Shown piece by piece: positions 57,047 to 60,531 of a stretch of 60,531 bases of DNA. Position numbers and translations under genes: made by a program. The notes under the pieces are model-generated. The model was not told the DNA's origin and did not search any database. It saw nothing but the letters and a program-made list of their open reading frames with translations. How positions within the stretch are numbered: the first letter of the stretch is position 1; every line of letters starts with the position of its first letter. The stretch is from positions 1-60,531 of IMG/VR virus record IMGVR_UViG_3300036830_000277. The stretch is one strand, 5' to 3'. Source of the stretch: a virus. Lineage: Duplodnaviria; Caudoviricetes.

Positions 57047-58173
57047 CGGCCGATCTGATCGAGAGCCTCAACGTCGTTCACCGGCAACTTGTCGCACGGT
57101 ATGTCGCGATCGACGAAGAATCCCAGCGCCTCGCCGTGGCAGTTGAGTCAATCGAAGCGCTGCTGCGCGTCTATGGCTGCCCGCGTCCTGATGAGATCTT
57201 CGAGCCTCAAGGAGACTTCGAGGGCGAGAAAAAGCCCGGAAATGAACTCGGACAACCAGCTGGACAGCCTGCTGGCCAAGAATCGGCCAACTCGAAGCCG
57301 GATAATGACCTGCGAATGACAGAGGTCGTGCCACCACGCGGAAATGAACCGGCGGCGACCGAGACGGTGAAGGCCCGAAATCCTGTAGCCGACTGGCCAC
57401 TTGCCCGGCAGCTCTGGGAGACCACGAGCCAGGCGATGACGGAAATCTGCGGCCGCGTCCCCTGTACCGTCGCAACGTTGAAGCGCCATGCGACGATCGA
57501 GGGATGGGCTGCTCGCCCATTCGATTCGGAGGCTGAGGAGGATGACGAGGACGAAGAACCGACGCCGTCGCCCCAGCTCGATCGAGAGCGTGTCGCTCCA
57601 GGCGATATCGATCCCCGAACCGGCCGGCGGCGAAACCCTGGCGGCAATGGCTTCAATGCTCGGCAGACCGACGAAATCGTGGCGATAGCTCGGCCGGTGT
57701 GGGAGAGCGCTTCGCCACGATATGGCATCAGCGCGATCGCGAAGGCAGCTGGCGTCTCGGCGACGACGATCTACCGAATCGCGAACGATCGCGGGTGGGT
57801 ATCGAGCGGCCGTCTGCACAGTTCGAACGATCGCATCGAGGCGGCCATCGTGCACGTCCTCGATTCCACGCCGATTCGACCCGCTCCGACGACAGCATCT
57901 CAGCTCCCCCGAGGGTCGGAAGGCGATCCAGAGGAAGGGGATGACGAGGAAATTCCGCCGGCACCGCGCGCGCCGCGTCGGCCATCGATGATCTCGCACC
58001 GCGATATCACCACCGAATCGATCCGCGGTCCGCGACCAGGAACGCTCAACGGCATTCGGCGGCGTTGTGCCGATTGCAATTCCATCACGATGACCGACCC
58101 ATGTGAATGGTGCGTCAAGAGACTGGCCCGGGAGCGCGATGGCGAACCGAAGCTGGCCGAGAGCTTGGCGTGA
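57043..58173 (+). CDS. Protein with two HTH-like segments and a C-terminal Zn ribbon
   Basis: ISAIAKAAGVSATTIYRIA; CADC...CEWC. Confidence 0.6.
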   Translation: MTADLIESLNVVHRQLVARYVAIDEESQRLAVAVESIEALLRVYGCPRPDEIFEPQGDFEGEKKPGNELGQPAGQPAGQESANSKPDNDLRMTEVVPPRGNEPAATETVKARNPVADWPLARQLWETTSQAMTEICGRVPCTVATLKRHATIEGWAARPFDSEAEEDDEDEEPTPSPQLDRERVAPGDIDPRTGRRRNPGGNGFNARQTDEIVAIARPVWESASPRYGISAIAKAAGVSATTIYRIANDRGWVSSGRLHSSNDRIEAAIVHVLDSTPIRPAPTTASQLPRGSEGDPEEGDDEEIPPAPRAPRRPSMISHRDITTESIRGPRPGTLNGIRRRCADCNSITMTDPCEWCVKRLARERDGEPKLAESLA

Positions 58174-58412
58174 CGGCGCTGGACGCCTTCACGGCGATCT
58201 GCGAGATCTGCGGCTGCGATTGGTATCACGCCTGTCCCGGTGGCTGCGGCTGGGACCGAGGATTCTGGAAGAAGCGCCGCGCAGTATGCACCGCCTGCGT
58301 GGCGAAAGTGCACCCGCGCCGTACGGGTAAACGACGGAAGCGACGGCGGTCAACATGGCCTGCAGGGAAGGCCGACGGCGGTGTCAGCAACACTCTCTCG
58401 GGGGAGAGATGA
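58170..58412 (+). CDS. Small Cys-rich protein
   Basis: CEICGC...HACPGGCGW...CTAC. Confidence 0.6.
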   Translation: MTALDAFTAICEICGCDWYHACPGGCGWDRGFWKKRRAVCTACVAKVHPRRTGKRRKRRRSTWPAGKADGGVSNTLSGER

Positions 58413-58831
58413 CGAATCGATCACGGCAATGCGGCGGCATACTGGCCGACAGGGTCGCCAAGTGCGGTCCGTTCGGCGCGCACCGCCACGATCCCCATCG
58501 GGATCTCTTCATCTTCGACCGGCTTCGCGAGGGCTGGACGAGACCTGAATGCGCCTGGTCGCTGGGGATCACGACGCAGGCCGTCGACAATCGTATCGCG
58601 CGGTTTCGCCGGGCGTCACCAGCTGCCGCGTACCGTGAGATCAATGACGGTACCGACGTGTGGTGGCGCTGCGTCGACGGTCGATTTCAATACCGGGTCA
58701 TGCAGCACGGCATCTGGCGCGAGCTCAGCGACGACGATGCTGCTGCGATCGTCCATCCTGGCCGGGTTGCCGTCATGGCTGTCGTGAGATCCCAGCCATT
58801 CCTCGACGAGGATTCGGAAGTGGCGGCGTGA
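58409..58831 (+). CDS. HTH protein, candidate late activator
   Basis: EGWTRPECAWSLGITTQAVDNRIAR (sigma region 4/LuxR-like HTH). Confidence 0.5.
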   Translation: MTNRSRQCGGILADRVAKCGPFGAHRHDPHRDLFIFDRLREGWTRPECAWSLGITTQAVDNRIARFRRASPAAAYREINDGTDVWWRCVDGRFQYRVMQHGIWRELSDDDAAAIVHPGRVAVMAVVRSQPFLDEDSEVAA

Positions 58832-59071
58832 GTCTGGCGCGCTGGCTCGCATCCATTCGCCTCGCGTGGGATCGGGATAAGTCCCCGATCGGACGGATGA
58901 TCCCCCCCCCCGCCGCGGCCGTGGCCTCGCCCCGCATTCGATCCGTTCGCGTCCGGCTATCGGCCGACAGGCGGCCCGACGGACCCCGCCCCCTGTGGAC
59001 CGCAAGGCGGATCGGGACTGATTGGGGCATCTTCATCTGGGGCCCAGCCCCCATTCTTCGAGGGAGGCGTT

Positions 59072-59383
59072 GTGAGCGAAGTATTCGAAACAGTAGCCGT
59101 GCCAGAGCACGTCGAGCATTGCCGAATCGCGTTCGAATGCGACGTCTGCCATCGACAGACCCGGTCAACCGATCAATGGCCCGATCCTTCGGGAGTCAGT
59201 CGGGACAACAAATATTTGGTCCGCGAGGGATGCTCCCTGGAGACAAATATCGGCGAGGTCTACCCTGAGGGAGGATCAACGATTCTGCGGCAAGTGTTGT
59301 TGTGTTTTGACTGTGCCGCGTCCCTCATCGCCGAGGTCGTGGAACGAGGCGCGAAGGTTACGGAATCGACGGTAGAACTCTAG
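59072..59383 (+). CDS. Hypothetical Zn-binding protein
   Basis: GGAGG RBS; CDVC...CFDC. Confidence 0.6.
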   Translation: MSEVFETVAVPEHVEHCRIAFECDVCHRQTRSTDQWPDPSGVSRDNKYLVREGCSLETNIGEVYPEGGSTILRQVLLCFDCAASLIAEVVERGAKVTESTVEL

Positions 59384-59393
59384 GAGCCATGGC

Positions 59394-59657
59394 ATGACGA
59401 AGGACGAAACGGCATTTGAGAAGTTGTTCCGCGCGTGCGAAGAGGCAGGTACGGTCGCTGGGTTGAAGTCGGTATCGCTTGAAACCCAGGCAATGCAAGA
59501 CGGAATGCTATTCGTGCGCTCAACATCAACTCCGCTGGCCGGCGCGGCATGGTGGAGAGATTGGGCAATCACGAGCGAAGTCATTGACGGCGTAGAGTGG
59601 TGCTCGCTTGTAAGCATTGTTGCCGGGTTCATCATGCAGAGACCGGAGGCAACGTGA
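59394..59657 (+). CDS. Hypothetical protein
   Basis: AGGAG RBS. Confidence 0.5.
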   Translation: MTKDETAFEKLFRACEEAGTVAGLKSVSLETQAMQDGMLFVRSTSTPLAGAAWWRDWAITSEVIDGVEWCSLVSIVAGFIMQRPEAT

Positions 59658-60097
59658 CAGAATGGAGCAAGCCTGAAAAGGGAGATGATGGCATTTGGAG
59701 AACCCGATCGCTTGATCCGTCCGATATAGGTGGCGCAGATATCGGCGGCGCCGAATTGAATAAATGGGGACTCGAGGTTCAACGAGTCGCTGGCGAACAG
59801 TCTCACGCCGGGACGGTGATTATGCCTCCGGCCGCCGCCGTCGCGCTGCTTGCCGCCGAGGCAAGCGATCGATTGGGATGGAAATGGAGGCGATACCAGC
59901 CGACGCCGACGGCGCCGATCCACATGTGCAACCCATACAGCGACTGGTGGTTCGACGCCGGCGCGAAGGTGCCGACATTTCGCTATGAAGTCTGCATCCC
60001 CGATCCGGATACCCATCTCAGCCGCACAGCAGATGAACTGCTCGCATCTCTGCACGGCCTGACGTTGCTGCGAGAAGCGATGGCGGTGAAGGCGTGA
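59654..60097 (+). CDS. Hypothetical protein
   Basis: GGAGG RBS, GTGA coupling. Confidence 0.5.
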   Translation: MTEWSKPEKGDDGIWRTRSLDPSDIGGADIGGAELNKWGLEVQRVAGEQSHAGTVIMPPAAAVALLAAEASDRLGWKWRRYQPTPTAPIHMCNPYSDWWFDAGAKVPTFRYEVCIPDPDTHLSRTADELLASLHGLTLLREAMAVKA

Positions 60098-60474
60098 CTC
60101 GCGCTTCACGCATCTGTTCGCACCCAGGCTGCCCCCAGTTCGATCCCTGTCCCATGCACGGCAAGGCATCGATCGACGGTCGTCCGAGCGCCGAAGCTCG
60201 TGGTTACGGTGCGAAGTGGACGGCGTACAGTGCTGAATACCGCGAGCGAAATCCGTGGTGTGTCACCTGCGCTCGGAACGGCAAGCGCATCGCGGTCGCG
60301 TTGGTCGATCACATCAAGCCCGTGGCCGGACCGGACGACCCGACATTCTGGGACCCGAACAATCATCAGGGGCTTTGCCGATCCTGCCATGCAGTGAAGA
60401 CGAAGGCAGAGGGCCTCACCGCGCGATCACAGGCCGCTGCTGACGCCGGATCCCGAAAGGTCATTCTCGCATGA
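60094..60474 (+). CDS. Packaging-associated HNH endonuclease (HK97 gp74-like)
   Basis: CSHPGC, ARGYGAKW, NPWCVTC, VDHIKP, FWDPNNHQGLCRSCH; last gene before the genome end. Confidence 0.9.
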   Translation: MTRASRICSHPGCPQFDPCPMHGKASIDGRPSAEARGYGAKWTAYSAEYRERNPWCVTCARNGKRIAVALVDHIKPVAGPDDPTFWDPNNHQGLCRSCHAVKTKAEGLTARSQAAADAGSRKVILA

Positions 60475-60480
60475 TTGGAG

Positions 60481-60508
60481 TTGACGGTGGGGGGGTAGTC
60501 TATACAAT
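60481..60508 (+). promoter_or_regulatory. Sigma70-like promoter pointing across the genome junction
   Basis: TTGACG-N16-TACAAT with a G7 tract in the spacer. Confidence 0.5.
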
Positions 60509-60531
60509 GCATGGACCGCTTTTTGACCGTG

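Larger units (their letters stand above)
1..60531. mobile_element. Complete or near-complete temperate siphovirus genome, free (attP-intact) form
   Basis: Packaging, head, tail, lysis, immunity, replication and integration modules all present; no host genes; ACCGTG at 1-6 and 60526-60531; attP has both arms. Confidence 0.92.

Noticed and set aside
57250-57280. GQPAGQPAGQ short tandem repeat
   Set aside because: Three degenerate 12-bp units in a disordered linker; no sign of a separate function
1-60531. Stop-codon reassignment
   Set aside because: Core genes are full length in the standard code, and TAA, TAG and TGA all serve as stops

Overview
The window looks like one essentially complete, GC-rich temperate siphovirus genome (60.5 kb) in its free, non-integrated form, linearised at the probable cos site: ACCGTG occurs at both ends, between a packaging HNH gene and the terminase genes. 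The left arm (+) runs terminase, protease-capsid fusion, portal, a DGKD-repeat protein, a seven-gene glycan/phospho-polyol cassette (LicD, 3 glycosyltransferases, SAM methyltransferase, KdsC-like HAD phosphatase, TagD-like cytidylyltransferase), then head-tail and tail genes. The lysis genes that follow are interrupted by a signal-peptide heparinase II/III-like lyase and a second structural module. The centre (-) holds accessory genes, including a leaderless toxin-antitoxin pair, and a CI/Cro-like switch. The right arm (+) is an early/replication operon with two DNA methyltransferases, a LexA-like fragment, a tyrosine integrase that contains its own attP (a tRNA 3' end flanked by paired arm repeats), a tRNA-Thr(CGT), a HerA-like ATPase, RuvC and an HNH. 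The strongest candidate for a new system is the glycan/polyol-phosphate pathway translationally coupled into the head operon, probably for virion decoration. All protein calls are from motif recognition by eye; no database search was run and the host is unknown.
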